Of a stretch of 64,000 bases of DNA, positions 51,002 through 60,659 are shown in pieces. The notes beneath the pieces are model-generated. The model did no database searches, was not told the DNA's origin, and worked only from the letters and a program-made list of their open reading frames with translations. The translations under genes and the position numbers were made by a program. Every line of letters begins with the position of its first letter. Within the stretch, counting starts at the first letter, position 1. Where the stretch lies: positions 128,001 to 192,000 of the forward strand of contig CAXXKT010000003.1 of the NCBI GenBank assembly GCA_963662405.2, read 5' to 3'. The stretch is from Syntrophales bacterium. GTDB lineage: Bacteria > Desulfobacterota > Syntrophia > Syntrophales > UBA2210.

Positions 51002-51580
51002 ATGAATGCATTTGACCTTGCATATGAGCATGATTCTGCGCTCCATGTCGTTCGTGAATGGATCGAAGCAACGCTGGACGAATACCGGAGCCAGGCCGTT
51101 CCCGTCAGTGATTTCGACTTTCCTCGGCTGCAGAAGGTGCTCCCCCCCGATCTTCTCAGCAGGGTAAAGGTGGTGGTTGTCCCGGGGGACGTTCCGCTGC
51201 CGCCATTGGACAGTATGGGCTTTCCTGAATTTACCCGTATGGGAAGCAGGGCCGCGGCAGGCGTAACGTATGAAGATACGTTCTTTGTCAACAACCGTTG
51301 CCGGACCGAGAGTCTCTGCTTTCACGAGCTGATCCATGTCCTCCAATGGGCCCGGCTCGGGACCGATCATTTCCTGGTTGCGTATGGTACCGGCCTGATC
51401 CAGCTCGGATACCGGAATTGCCCCCTGGAACGGATGGCATTTTCCCTCCAGGCCAAATTGAGCCTGAAGACACTCCCCGAAGATGTTGTCAGTTGGGTTT
51501 ATGAGAAGACCGATGCCGTCTGGGACCGCGTGACCTCGTTCCTGAACGAGGGGTCTCGGCAAAGAGCGGTGATCGGCTAA
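51002..51580 (+). CDS. Hypothetical HExxH (DUF4157-like) metallopeptidase-domain protein
   Basis: AAGVTY..FHELIHVLQW..GYRNCPLE..A. Confidence 0.65.
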   Translation: MNAFDLAYEHDSALHVVREWIEATLDEYRSQAVPVSDFDFPRLQKVLPPDLLSRVKVVVVPGDVPLPPLDSMGFPEFTRMGSRAAAGVTYEDTFFVNNRCRTESLCFHELIHVLQWARLGTDHFLVAYGTGLIQLGYRNCPLERMAFSLQAKLSLKTLPEDVVSWVYEKTDAVWDRVTSFLNEGSRQRAVIG

Positions 51581-51805
51581 TTGCCGGTTTTCGGCGGGAA
51601 AGAGATGAGGGAAGTGCCCCTCGTTTTCCAGCCTCCCTTCAGGGCAATAGAATATGGGTGCAGACGCCACCGGTTAACTATGAGGCGAGGGTGTGCCCTT
51701 TTCTTTTCCCCGTGCCTGTCGCGCTCGCTTCCGATCTGAACCAATCTTCGCGGCGCATTTTATCAGAGATTGTGGTATTTCACTCCTGATTACCGAGAGA
51801 GGGCG

Positions 51806-53347
51806 ATGGGCATGGGATATAGAGATCTGTCATTGAATCTGCCCCCCGACTACGGGGAGGGGGATCTGCGGGAGGCGATCGAAAAGGAGTTGGGGATCGG
51901 ATCGTTTTCCTGGCAGATCGTTCGGAAGGGGCTCGATGCCCGAAAAAAAACCAATATCCACTGGCAGGTGCAGGTGTTGGCCCTGTCGGATGAGCTTGCG
52001 GGAGGGGAGATGCCCGTTTTGCCGACCCTCGTTGTCCCATCGTGTGCACGGGATCAGCGGGTAGTCGTTGTCGGGAGTGGTCCTGCGGGATTCTTCGCCG
52101 CCCTGGTGTTGCGGAAGGCGGGGTTTCAGACAACCCTGATTGAGCGGGGGGGAAAAGTGGATGAACGGGCTCGGAGGATCGGCATCTTTGAGGCGACCGG
52201 TTGTTTCGACCCGGTGAACAATTACGCCTTCGGGGAGGGGGGAGCGGGGACCTTTTCGGACGGAAAACTGACGTCGCGGTCCAAGCACATATCGAAGGAA
52301 AGAAGCTTCATTGTACAGAGCTACATACGGGCTGGGGCGCCCGAAGAGATACGATATCTTGCCCATCCGCATCTGGGGAGCGACAACCTGAAGATGATTG
52401 TTGCAAACCTGAGGGAGGAGTTTCTGGAGCTGGGGGGGAGCTATCTCTTCGAGACGCAGCTGCAGGATATCAGGGTCGACGGGGGGAGGGTTGTCGAGGC
52501 GGTGACCTCCGCCGGGATCATCGAGACCGATTGCTGTATCATTGCGCCCGGTCACTCGGCTTATGAGACGTACCGCATGCTGATCCGACGGGGTGTCAAA
52601 TTCCGTACCAAGCCGTTCGCCCTTGGCTCACGGGTGGAACATCCCCAGGGGTTGATCAATCGTGCCCAGTGGGGGCGGGAAGAGCTGCCCGGGGTCAGGG
52701 CCGCCGAATATCGCCTGACCTCGCGAGCGGGTGTTCTCCCGGTCTACACCTTCTGCATGTGCCCGGGCGGGGTGATCGTCCCTGCCGCCGCTTATGCGCA
52801 TATCAATGTCGTCAACGGGATGAGTCACTACCGGCGGGACGGGAGATTCGCCAACGCGGCCTGCGTCGCGGCGGTGGTCCCGGAGGCCCTGACGGGGAGG
52901 GAGGTGACCGCTCTGGAGGTCCTCGACTGGCTGGAAGGGTTGGAGGAGCGATTCTTCCGGTACGCGGAGGGGTTCGCGGCGCCGTGCTGTCCGATCGAGG
53001 ACTTTCTACTGGAACGGGACTCGGGAAGGACCTGTACATCGAGCTATCCGCTGGGGGTGAAACCGGCCCCTCTGTGGGAGCTGCTCCCCCCGCCGGTGAG
53101 CGATGCCCTTCGGCAGGGGCTCAGGGATTTCGGCAAAAAGATACGGGGATTCGGGACCGGTTCGATCATGGGACTTGAAAGCAAGACCTCGGCGCCGGTC
53201 CAGGTAGTGCGGGAGAAGAGCGGTCTGTGCGCCGGTTTTGAGAATCTCTATCTGGTGGGGGAAGGGAGCGGCTGGGCCGGGGGGATCATCTCGAGCGGTG
53301 CGGACGGTATACGGGCCGCTATGCATATTGCAGAGGCGACGCCCTGA
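51806..53347 (+). CDS. FAD-dependent oxidoreductase (COG2509-like)
   Basis: VVGSGPAG, GEGGAGTFSDGKL, FCMCPGG, GEGSGWAGGI. Confidence 0.88.
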   Translation: MGMGYRDLSLNLPPDYGEGDLREAIEKELGIGSFSWQIVRKGLDARKKTNIHWQVQVLALSDELAGGEMPVLPTLVVPSCARDQRVVVVGSGPAGFFAALVLRKAGFQTTLIERGGKVDERARRIGIFEATGCFDPVNNYAFGEGGAGTFSDGKLTSRSKHISKERSFIVQSYIRAGAPEEIRYLAHPHLGSDNLKMIVANLREEFLELGGSYLFETQLQDIRVDGGRVVEAVTSAGIIETDCCIIAPGHSAYETYRMLIRRGVKFRTKPFALGSRVEHPQGLINRAQWGREELPGVRAAEYRLTSRAGVLPVYTFCMCPGGVIVPAAAYAHINVVNGMSHYRRDGRFANAACVAAVVPEALTGREVTALEVLDWLEGLEERFFRYAEGFAAPCCPIEDFLLERDSGRTCTSSYPLGVKPAPLWELLPPPVSDALRQGLRDFGKKIRGFGTGSIMGLESKTSAPVQVVREKSGLCAGFENLYLVGEGSGWAGGIISSGADGIRAAMHIAEATP

Positions 53348-53399
53348 AGATCCCGATGGCCAAGGAATAGGCGGGGAGAGAAACAGCCGTCCGGGGAAA

Positions 53400-54149
53400 T
53401 CAATCCAGTCGGTTGATCATGCCGGCGAGGTATCCGGCCCCGAAGCCGTTGTCGATATTCACGACCGCCGTCCCGCTTGCGCAGCTGTTCAGCATGGCCA
53501 GGAGGGCGGACAGGCCCCCGAAGCTCGCCCCGTAGCCGACACTGGTGGGGACGGCGATGACGGGTTTGTCGACCATCCCCCCGATAACGCTTGCCAGGGC
53601 TCCCTCCATCCCGGCAACGGCGACCACCACCCGCGCCCCCGTGATGATATCGCGATGGGCGAGGAGTCGATGAATGCCCGCGACACCTACGTCAAAGACC
53701 CGCTCCACCCGGTTCCCCAGCATCTCCGCCGTGATCGCCGCCTCTTCCGCCACCGGGATATCGGACGTCCCCGCCGTCACGACGGCGATATAGGTATCCG
53801 TGAGGATGGGATCCTTTTTTCTGATCGTGATAATACCGGGAAGATCGTGATATTTTGCCTCCGGGCAGACCTCTCTGACCGCTTCATACGTTCCTCGTGC
53901 GGCCTTGGTCCCCAGGATGTTGTTCCCCCTCTTCAGCATCTCGGCGATGATGGCGGTCACCTGTTCATTCGTCTTTCCCGCGCAGTAGATAACCTCGGGG
54001 TAGCCGGTCCTGAGTTCACGGTGGTTGTCTATCTTCGCGAAGCCCAGGTCCGTGAAGGGGAGATCCTTGAGGATCTCCGCCGCGGCGTCGACGGGCAGCC
54101 GGTTCTCTTTCACATCTTCCAGCAATTTTTTGATCGCTTCTCCGTCCAC
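53400..54149 (-). CDS. larB: Nickel pincer cofactor biosynthesis protein LarB
   Basis: AGTSDIPVAEEA, DVGVAGIHRL, PTSVGYG, NIDNGFGAG. Confidence 0.93.
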   Translation of the reverse strand: MDGEAIKKLLEDVKENRLPVDAAAEILKDLPFTDLGFAKIDNHRELRTGYPEVIYCAGKTNEQVTAIIAEMLKRGNNILGTKAARGTYEAVREVCPEAKYHDLPGIITIRKKDPILTDTYIAVVTAGTSDIPVAEEAAITAEMLGNRVERVFDVGVAGIHRLLAHRDIITGARVVVAVAGMEGALASVIGGMVDKPVIAVPTSVGYGASFGGLSALLAMLNSCASGTAVVNIDNGFGAGYLAGMINRLD

Positions 54150-55010
54150 TTACAACCCCTCGTCCAGGCTTCCCGTCCGGTACCCCGGCAGATCCAGCGT
54201 CGCGTAGGCAAAATCAAAGTCTCCCATCTTTTCCGCGACGGCGTCCAGCATCTCCGTGTCGAAGAATCTCTCACGCTCTTCGGGGGAGACCTCTATTCGC
54301 GCCACGTTCCCGTGGAGCCTTACCCGTACGGTCTTGAATCCCAGGCCCAGCAGGTATACCTCGGCCTGTTCTATCTTCCTCAGGTCCTGTTCCGTTACCT
54401 CCTGGCCGTAGGGGATGCGGGAGAGGAGGCAGGCAGAGGCCGATTTGCCCCAAATGGTAAGACCGATCTCCCGTGAGATGACCCGTATGCCCCTCTTCGT
54501 CACACCGGTCTCCAGGAGGGGGCTTCGTATGCCGAGTTCCTGCAGCGCCTGCATCCCCGGCCGGTACTCCGCCCTGTCATCCGCGTTTGTCCCGTCGGCC
54601 ACATGCCGGAACCCCTCTCTCTCGGCGAATCTCACCATTTCCGCGAAGAGGGCCTTTTTACAGAGGTAACATCGATCGGGGGGATTCTGCCGTATTGCCG
54701 GCGGGATGGTGTCTTCTTGGACGAGGATCTGTCGCACCCCTATCCGCTCCGCCAGTTCCGCCGCTTCCCGGATCTCCCATTGGATGTGATAGGGGGCCGC
54801 CACGGTATAGGCCGCCACCCGGTCGCCGAGGGCGTCCTTCGCCGCCTTGAGCAGGAAGGTGCTGTCCGTCCCGCCCGAGAAGGCGATGACCAGACTGCCC
54901 ATGGATCGGAGGTGATCGATCAGTGTGGTGTATGTGCCTTGTATCTGCAGCGGATTATCCTTTTCACGTGTTTTGCTTCTACTCGGAACCGGCGCGACCG
55001 GTGCGGTCAT
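54150..55010 (-). CDS. larE: ATP-dependent sulfur transferase LarE
   Basis: AFSGGTDS PP-loop, RCYLCK, DGTNADD..RPG, ACLLSRIPYG, GYRTGS; start position uncertain. Confidence 0.92.
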   Translation of the reverse strand: MTAPVAPVPSRSKTREKDNPLQIQGTYTTLIDHLRSMGSLVIAFSGGTDSTFLLKAAKDALGDRVAAYTVAAPYHIQWEIREAAELAERIGVRQILVQEDTIPPAIRQNPPDRCYLCKKALFAEMVRFAEREGFRHVADGTNADDRAEYRPGMQALQELGIRSPLLETGVTKRGIRVISREIGLTIWGKSASACLLSRIPYGQEVTEQDLRKIEQAEVYLLGLGFKTVRVRLHGNVARIEVSPEERERFFDTEMLDAVAEKMGDFDFAYATLDLPGYRTGSLDEGL

Positions 55011-56184
55011 ACGCCTCCCGAACCATCTCGTAGATGCGGGTGAGGGGCAGCCCGTGCTCCACCGCCAGCCGGGCGCACTGATCGTATTCCGGCTTGAATT
55101 TCAGAACTGTATCCCGATACATCCCCACCTTGACGTCAACCGGCCCGTACGGGGTCCGCACGCTCACCACCTGCCGGTCGAGCATGGTTCGCTGGACGCG
55201 GTATTCTCGGACCCCGAGGGTGGTTGTCTCTTCAAAGAGGATATCCGCCATCCTGCCCGCATCTTCCTCACCGCAGAGGACGCTCATCCGGACGGCGGGC
55301 CTGCTTTTTTTCATGATGATCGGGGTCAGGGAGGCATCCATCGCGCCGTTTGTGAGGAGCCTGTCTATGAGGTGCTCGTACAGTTCGGGGTTCATGTCGT
55401 CCATGTTGGTCTCGATGACGACCGCAGTTCCTTTGGTCTCACGGCAGTACTCATCATCCGTTTCCCCGAGGAAGACCCTGAGGAGATTGGGGATGTCCGT
55501 GTCCCGCTCGCCGACGCCGTAGGCCGTCTTCAGGATTGTGAAATTCTTTTTGACCGTAAACTCGTCGGTGAAGGTTACCGCGATGGCCGCCCCCGTGGGG
55601 GTCGTGAGTTCACAGGGGGTGCCGTCCGACCTGATGGGGATGTTCTGCAGGATTTCAGCCGTTGCGGGCGCGGGGACCGGCAACCGGCCGTGGGCGCAGT
55701 CGACGAAGCCGCTTCCGACCTCGATCGGCGAACAGAGGACCCTATCCACGTCCAGCCTGTCCCTGCATATGGCTGCCCCGACGATATCCACGATGGAATC
55801 GACGGCCCCTACCTCATGGAAATGTACATCGTCTATGTCTTCCCCGTGTACCTTCGCCTCCGCCTGCGCCACTTCTCCGAATATCTCCATGCTCCACCGT
55901 TTGACCCGGTCGCCCAGATCGCTCCCCTCGATGATCTGCCGTATATCGGAGAGGCTCCTGTGGCCATGACGGTCGTGGGGTTCATCCGGCAGCACATCGA
56001 CCTTCGTCCCGGTGATTCCCTTCCGTTCGGCCCGGCGTATGGCGAGCCGGTAGCCGCCCAGGTCGATTTTCCCCAGTTCCGCCTTGAGATACCCGGCATC
56101 TACCCCCAGATCGATCATTGCACCGAGGTGCATGTCGCCGCTGATCCCCGAAAAACAATCATAATACAGTATCTTTTGTGTCAC
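54979..56184 (-). CDS. larC: Nickel insertion protein LarC
   Basis: DCFSGISGDM, HFHEVGAVDSIVD, PAPAT, ETNMDD, MKKSRP, KPEYD. Confidence 0.93.
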   Translation of the reverse strand: MTQKILYYDCFSGISGDMHLGAMIDLGVDAGYLKAELGKIDLGGYRLAIRRAERKGITGTKVDVLPDEPHDRHGHRSLSDIRQIIEGSDLGDRVKRWSMEIFGEVAQAEAKVHGEDIDDVHFHEVGAVDSIVDIVGAAICRDRLDVDRVLCSPIEVGSGFVDCAHGRLPVPAPATAEILQNIPIRSDGTPCELTTPTGAAIAVTFTDEFTVKKNFTILKTAYGVGERDTDIPNLLRVFLGETDDEYCRETKGTAVVIETNMDDMNPELYEHLIDRLLTNGAMDASLTPIIMKKSRPAVRMSVLCGEEDAGRMADILFEETTTLGVREYRVQRTMLDRQVVSVRTPYGPVDVKVGMYRDTVLKFKPEYDQCARLAVEHGLPLTRIYEMVREAYDRTGRAGSE

Positions 56185-56361
56185 AACGGTTTGCGCCCCT
56201 TTTGATCTATTTGTCTCAGGATCGTGCCGCCTCCCCTGCGGTCGGAAGATCTACAAGCAGGGTAGTTTTGTTTAGCTTTCCGCTAGGTTGTAACGTCAAA
56301 CTCCCGGTGAGTCAAGGCATTTCGGCTGCTCCGGGGGAGGGGGGAGCAACACCGTCGGTTA

Positions 56362-57159
56362 TCAGGATTTCGCGAAACCGGGAAGAAACAGCTCCGGCAG
56401 TGAGCCTGGCGCCCTGAGGATATCCCCATCGTAGATGACCTGTTCCAGGAAGAGCCCTGAGGGGGGTGCGGTGACACGGGCCGGCAGATCGGAGGGATGG
56501 GTGAGCATACCCTCCACATCACCCGGGGTTAGGGTCCCCCGTCCCACCTCCACGAGGACCCCCACGATACGCCGGACCATCTTCCAGAGGAAGTGCGAAC
56601 CGGCGATCCGGAAGACGATCAGATCGCCCGCCTCGATCAGTTCCACCCGGTCTATCAGGACCTTGGTCGAGGTCTCCTTTCCACTCCTCTTATCGGCGAA
56701 GGAGAAGAAGTCGTGAAAACCCACGAAGAGTTGCCCCGCCTCCGCCATCGCCAAAAGATCAAGGCGGTCTTTGATCCACCAGACGTATCGTTTGCCGAGG
56801 GCCGTCCGGCGCCGTGAGATCAGATAAATGTAGCTCCGGGTCTTCGCGTGATGGCGGGCGTGAAACCGGGGGGCGGCCTTTTCGACTTTGGTTATGTTGA
56901 TACCGGTGGGGAGGAGGCCGTTGAGTCCTCCCATGAGGTTGCGGGGTTCTATCTGTTTCCCCGTCTCCAGGTGCGCGACCTGGGCCAGGGCGTGGACCCC
57001 GGCGTCCGTTCTCCCCGCCCCCTGGATATCCACCGTGGCACCGGTCAGCCGGGTCGCAGCCTGCAGGAGGGTTTCCTGGATGCTTCGTGCGTTCTTCTGG
57101 GCCTGCCACCCGTGATATCCGGTTCCGTCGTATTCAAGGGTGATCTTGTATCGGTGCAT
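56362..57159 (-). CDS. truA: tRNA pseudouridine(38-40) synthase
   Basis: LEYDGTGYHGWQ, AGRTDAGVHA, FLWKMVR, TAPPSGLFL. Confidence 0.93.
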   Translation of the reverse strand: MHRYKITLEYDGTGYHGWQAQKNARSIQETLLQAATRLTGATVDIQGAGRTDAGVHALAQVAHLETGKQIEPRNLMGGLNGLLPTGINITKVEKAAPRFHARHHAKTRSYIYLISRRRTALGKRYVWWIKDRLDLLAMAEAGQLFVGFHDFFSFADKRSGKETSTKVLIDRVELIEAGDLIVFRIAGSHFLWKMVRRIVGVLVEVGRGTLTPGDVEGMLTHPSDLPARVTAPPSGLFLEQVIYDGDILRAPGSLPELFLPGFAKS

Positions 57160-57298
57160 GGAATCTCCTTGCTCTGGGTGCGTCAGTATCGTTCGATCGG
57201 CGGACAAATAGCAACCATTTTTAACGTAGTCCAATTTTTTGTTGACAACGGTGTCGATCCGTATTATCAACACATCTCGTTTTTTTGAGAGGATACCG

Positions 57299-57385
57299 AT
57301 GCTGTCGAGAAACCTTATTACCACCATCATAATTAGCGGGCTCCTTATTGGGAGGACGCATATGTGTGACTTGATGATGGAGTAG
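57299..57385 (+). CDS. Ile/Leu-rich leader peptide (28 aa) of the cimA-leu operon
   Basis: GAGAGGA RBS; MLSRNLITTIIISGLLIGRTHMCDLMME; followed by a terminator. Confidence 0.7.
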   Translation: MLSRNLITTIIISGLLIGRTHMCDLMME

Positions 57386-57410
57386 GTTTCCCGCAAAAGA
57401 AAGAAATTGA

Positions 57411-57446
57411 AAATCCGTTATCAGGTCCGCTGATAACGGATTTTTT
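57411..57446 (+). terminator. Attenuator terminator upstream of cimA
   Basis: AAAATCCGTTATCAG..CTGATAACGGATTTTTT. Confidence 0.8.
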
Positions 57447-57467
57447 GTTTTCGGGGAGGTGGATTCC

Positions 57468-59069
57468 ATGACACGAGCGGATATATTGATCTACGACACG
57501 ACACTACGGGATGGGACACAGGGACACCGGATAAGCTTTTCGGCGGAGGATAAGCTGCGGATTGCCGTTCGGCTGGATGACATCGGCTTTCACTATATCG
57601 AGGGGGGGTGGCCGGGATCAAACCCCCGCGACATGCGGTTTTTCAAGATGGCACGGAACGTGTCCTTCAAAAACGCTCGCCTGACGGCCTTCGGCAGCAC
57701 AAGACGATCCGATTTGTCGGTCGAGGCCTGTCCGAATATTCAGGCCCTCATCGCGGCGGATACCCCGGCGGTGGCCATTTTCGGGAAGAGCTGGGACCTC
57801 CATGCCACGGAGATCCTGGGGGTCTCACTGGACGAGAATCTTTGCCTGATCGACGATTCCGTCCGCTACCTGAAAGCGGAGGGAAAAGAGGTCATCTACG
57901 ATGCGGAGCATTTCTTCGACGGATATAAACACAACCCCGCTTATGCCCTCAGGACCGTGCAGACCGCGGTGGAGGCGGGGGCCGATACGATCGTCCTCTG
58001 CGATACCAACGGGGGGACGCTCACCTGGGAAGTAACGGAGATCTTTAAGGAGACGGCGGCGGCGATAGCCCCGGCCTGCATGGGGATTCATGCCCATGAT
58101 GATTGTGGCCTGGCTGTCGCCAACTCACTTGCCGCCGTCGTTTCGGGAGGTGTTATGATCCAGGGGACGGTGAACGGGTACGGTGAGCGGTGCGGGAATG
58201 CCGACCTCCTCTCCCTCATCGGCAATCTGGAACTCAAGATGGCCCGGCGGTGTCTCCCCGAAGGGGCACTTCGGCATCTGACGGGCCTCTCGCGGTATGT
58301 GAGTGATGTGGCCAATACCCCGCCCGCTCATTCAAAACCCTATGTGGGGAGCAACGCCTTCGCCCACAAGGGGGGGGTGCATGTGAGTGCCATCCAGAAA
58401 AACCCGGTGGCATACGAACACACCGATCCTGAGTTCGTCGGGAATCGGCGCGGGGTGATCGTCTCGGACCTCTCGGGGAGGAGCAATATTGAGCACAAGG
58501 CACAGGAACTGGGGATCGATCTTGGAACCGGAACCGATGTGAGTAAGAGAATTGTCCGCGACATCAAGAAGATGGAGGATGAGGGATATCAGTTCGATAC
58601 GGCCAACGGTTCTCTTTCTCTCCTGATGCGGAAGGCGATCGGTACCTTTGACGAGCCGTTTTTCCTTGAGTCGTTTCGCGTGATTGATGAAAAGACAAAA
58701 CGGAACGTGTCCCATTCCCAGGCCACGATCAAGATCTCGGTAGGCGATGAACACGAGATCACGGCGGCAGAGGGGAAGGGACCCGTCAATGCGCTGGATA
58801 ACGCCCTGAGGAAGGCGCTCAAAAAGTTCTACCCACGGATCAGCGAGATGCACCTGGTGGACTTTAAGGTGAGGATCCTGGAGGAGACCGACGGGACGGC
58901 GGCAAAGGTCCGCGTCCTTCTGGAGTCGCGCGATGACACCGATGTGTGGACCACGACCGGCGTATCGGAAAATATCATCGAGGCAAGCTGGTACGCGCTG
59001 GTCGATAGCATGCAGTATAAACTCAGCAAGGATAACGGCTCTCATCATGCCGTCCAAGGAGGGGAATAG
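57468..59069 (+). CDS. cimA: Citramalate synthase
   Basis: YDTTLRDG, IEGGWPGSNP, YDAEHFFDG, FAHKGGVH, GPVNALD. Confidence 0.9.
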   Translation: MTRADILIYDTTLRDGTQGHRISFSAEDKLRIAVRLDDIGFHYIEGGWPGSNPRDMRFFKMARNVSFKNARLTAFGSTRRSDLSVEACPNIQALIAADTPAVAIFGKSWDLHATEILGVSLDENLCLIDDSVRYLKAEGKEVIYDAEHFFDGYKHNPAYALRTVQTAVEAGADTIVLCDTNGGTLTWEVTEIFKETAAAIAPACMGIHAHDDCGLAVANSLAAVVSGGVMIQGTVNGYGERCGNADLLSLIGNLELKMARRCLPEGALRHLTGLSRYVSDVANTPPAHSKPYVGSNAFAHKGGVHVSAIQKNPVAYEHTDPEFVGNRRGVIVSDLSGRSNIEHKAQELGIDLGTGTDVSKRIVRDIKKMEDEGYQFDTANGSLSLLMRKAIGTFDEPFFLESFRVIDEKTKRNVSHSQATIKISVGDEHEITAAEGKGPVNALDNALRKALKKFYPRISEMHLVDFKVRILEETDGTAAKVRVLLESRDDTDVWTTTGVSENIIEASWYALVDSMQYKLSKDNGSHHAVQGGE

Positions 59070-60626
59070 ATGAAAGAAGACAAAGGGAGGGTATTCATAT
59101 TCGACACCACGCTGCGCGACGGGGAACAGGCCCCGGGTTTCAGTATGAACCCCGGCGAAAAGATCCGGTTCGCCAAGCAATTGGAACGGCTCGGTGTCGA
59201 TATCATAGAGGCGGGGTTTCCCATCGCGTCCGATGGGGATTTCGAATCGGTTCGGCAGATCGCCGGGGTGATCAAAAAATCCCAAGTTGCCGGCCTGTGC
59301 CGTACCAGTCTGGGGGATATCGACCGGGCGTGGGATGCGATCAAAGAAGCCCCCCTGCCACGGATACATACCTTTATCTCGACCTCCGACATCCATCTCG
59401 ATCACATGCTGCGGATGACGCGGGCGCAGGTCCTTGTGGAAGCGCGCGCGGCGGTGAAACACGCCCGCAGCCTCACCGAGAATGTGGAATTCTCCGCCCA
59501 GGATGCCACGCGGACCGACCGGGCCTATCTGGCGGAGATCGTGGAGGCCGTTATCGACGCGGGGGCGACCACTGTCAATGTCCCCGACACCGTGGGGTAT
59601 GCCATGCCGGACGAGTACGGTGAAATGATCGCGTATCTCTTCGATACGGTCAGGAACATAGACGGGGCGATCCTCTCGGTTCACACCCACGATGACCTCG
59701 GTGTTGCCGTCGCCACCTCCCTCGCCGGTCTGAAGGCGGGTGCCCGGCAGGTGGAGTGCGCGGTGAACGGAATCGGAGAACGGGCGGGGAACGCCTCCCT
59801 TGAGGAGGTCGTGATGGCCCTCGAAACGCGCAAGGATATCATGAAACTCCATACGCGGATCAAGACCAAGCACATCTATCCCACGTCGCGACTCCTGGCC
59901 GAGATCACGGGTGTGGAGGTCCAGCCGAACAAGGCGATCGTCGGGGTGAATGCCTTTGCCCATGAATCCGGGATCCATCAGGACGGCCTGATCAAGGAGA
60001 AGATTACCTACGAGATCATGACACCGGCGACGGTGGGGGTGTCGGACACGAATATCGTTCTGGGTAAGCACTCGGGACGGGCCGCTATCAGGGATCGTCT
60101 CAAGAAGATGGGATTCGATCTTGCCAAGGAAGAGGTCGATACGGTATTCAAACGGTTCAAGGAGCTGGCGGACATCAAGAAAGAGATGTTCGACGAGGAC
60201 CTGGAGGCGATCATTGCCGAGGATGTCTTCCGGCGTCCCGAAAAATACAAACTCCTGTACCTCAGCGTGGTAAGCGGGAACGTGGCCATTCCCACCGCGA
60301 CCGTCCAGATGGAAATCGACGGCGAGGTCGTGCGGGAGGCCTATTTCGGGGTAGGACCGGTTGACGCCACCTTCGCCACTATCAGGAAAATGACGGGAAC
60401 AAACCACCGGCTGGTCAAGTACCAGGTACATGCCGTGACGGAGGGGACCGATGCCCAGGGGGTGGTGACCGTTCAACTCCGCCACAGGAAACGGATCATC
60501 TCGGGGCGCGGGTCCGACCCCGATGTGTTGGTCGCCTCGGCGAAGGCGTATATCAACGCCCTCAACAGGGTCCAGTCGTTTCAGATGCTCAACAACGCCT
60601 CGTCGGATACTGTCCGCCCGGTGTAA
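59070..60626 (+). CDS. leuA: 2-isopropylmalate synthase
   Basis: [37 protein letters not shown]. Confidence 0.95.
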   Translation: MKEDKGRVFIFDTTLRDGEQAPGFSMNPGEKIRFAKQLERLGVDIIEAGFPIASDGDFESVRQIAGVIKKSQVAGLCRTSLGDIDRAWDAIKEAPLPRIHTFISTSDIHLDHMLRMTRAQVLVEARAAVKHARSLTENVEFSAQDATRTDRAYLAEIVEAVIDAGATTVNVPDTVGYAMPDEYGEMIAYLFDTVRNIDGAILSVHTHDDLGVAVATSLAGLKAGARQVECAVNGIGERAGNASLEEVVMALETRKDIMKLHTRIKTKHIYPTSRLLAEITGVEVQPNKAIVGVNAFAHESGIHQDGLIKEKITYEIMTPATVGVSDTNIVLGKHSGRAAIRDRLKKMGFDLAKEEVDTVFKRFKELADIKKEMFDEDLEAIIAEDVFRRPEKYKLLYLSVVSGNVAIPTATVQMEIDGEVVREAYFGVGPVDATFATIRKMTGTNHRLVKYQVHAVTEGTDAQGVVTVQLRHRKRIISGRGSDPDVLVASAKAYINALNRVQSFQMLNNASSDTVRPV

Positions 60627-60659
60627 ACTCATGCAGATAACAGACAGGAGATACAGACA

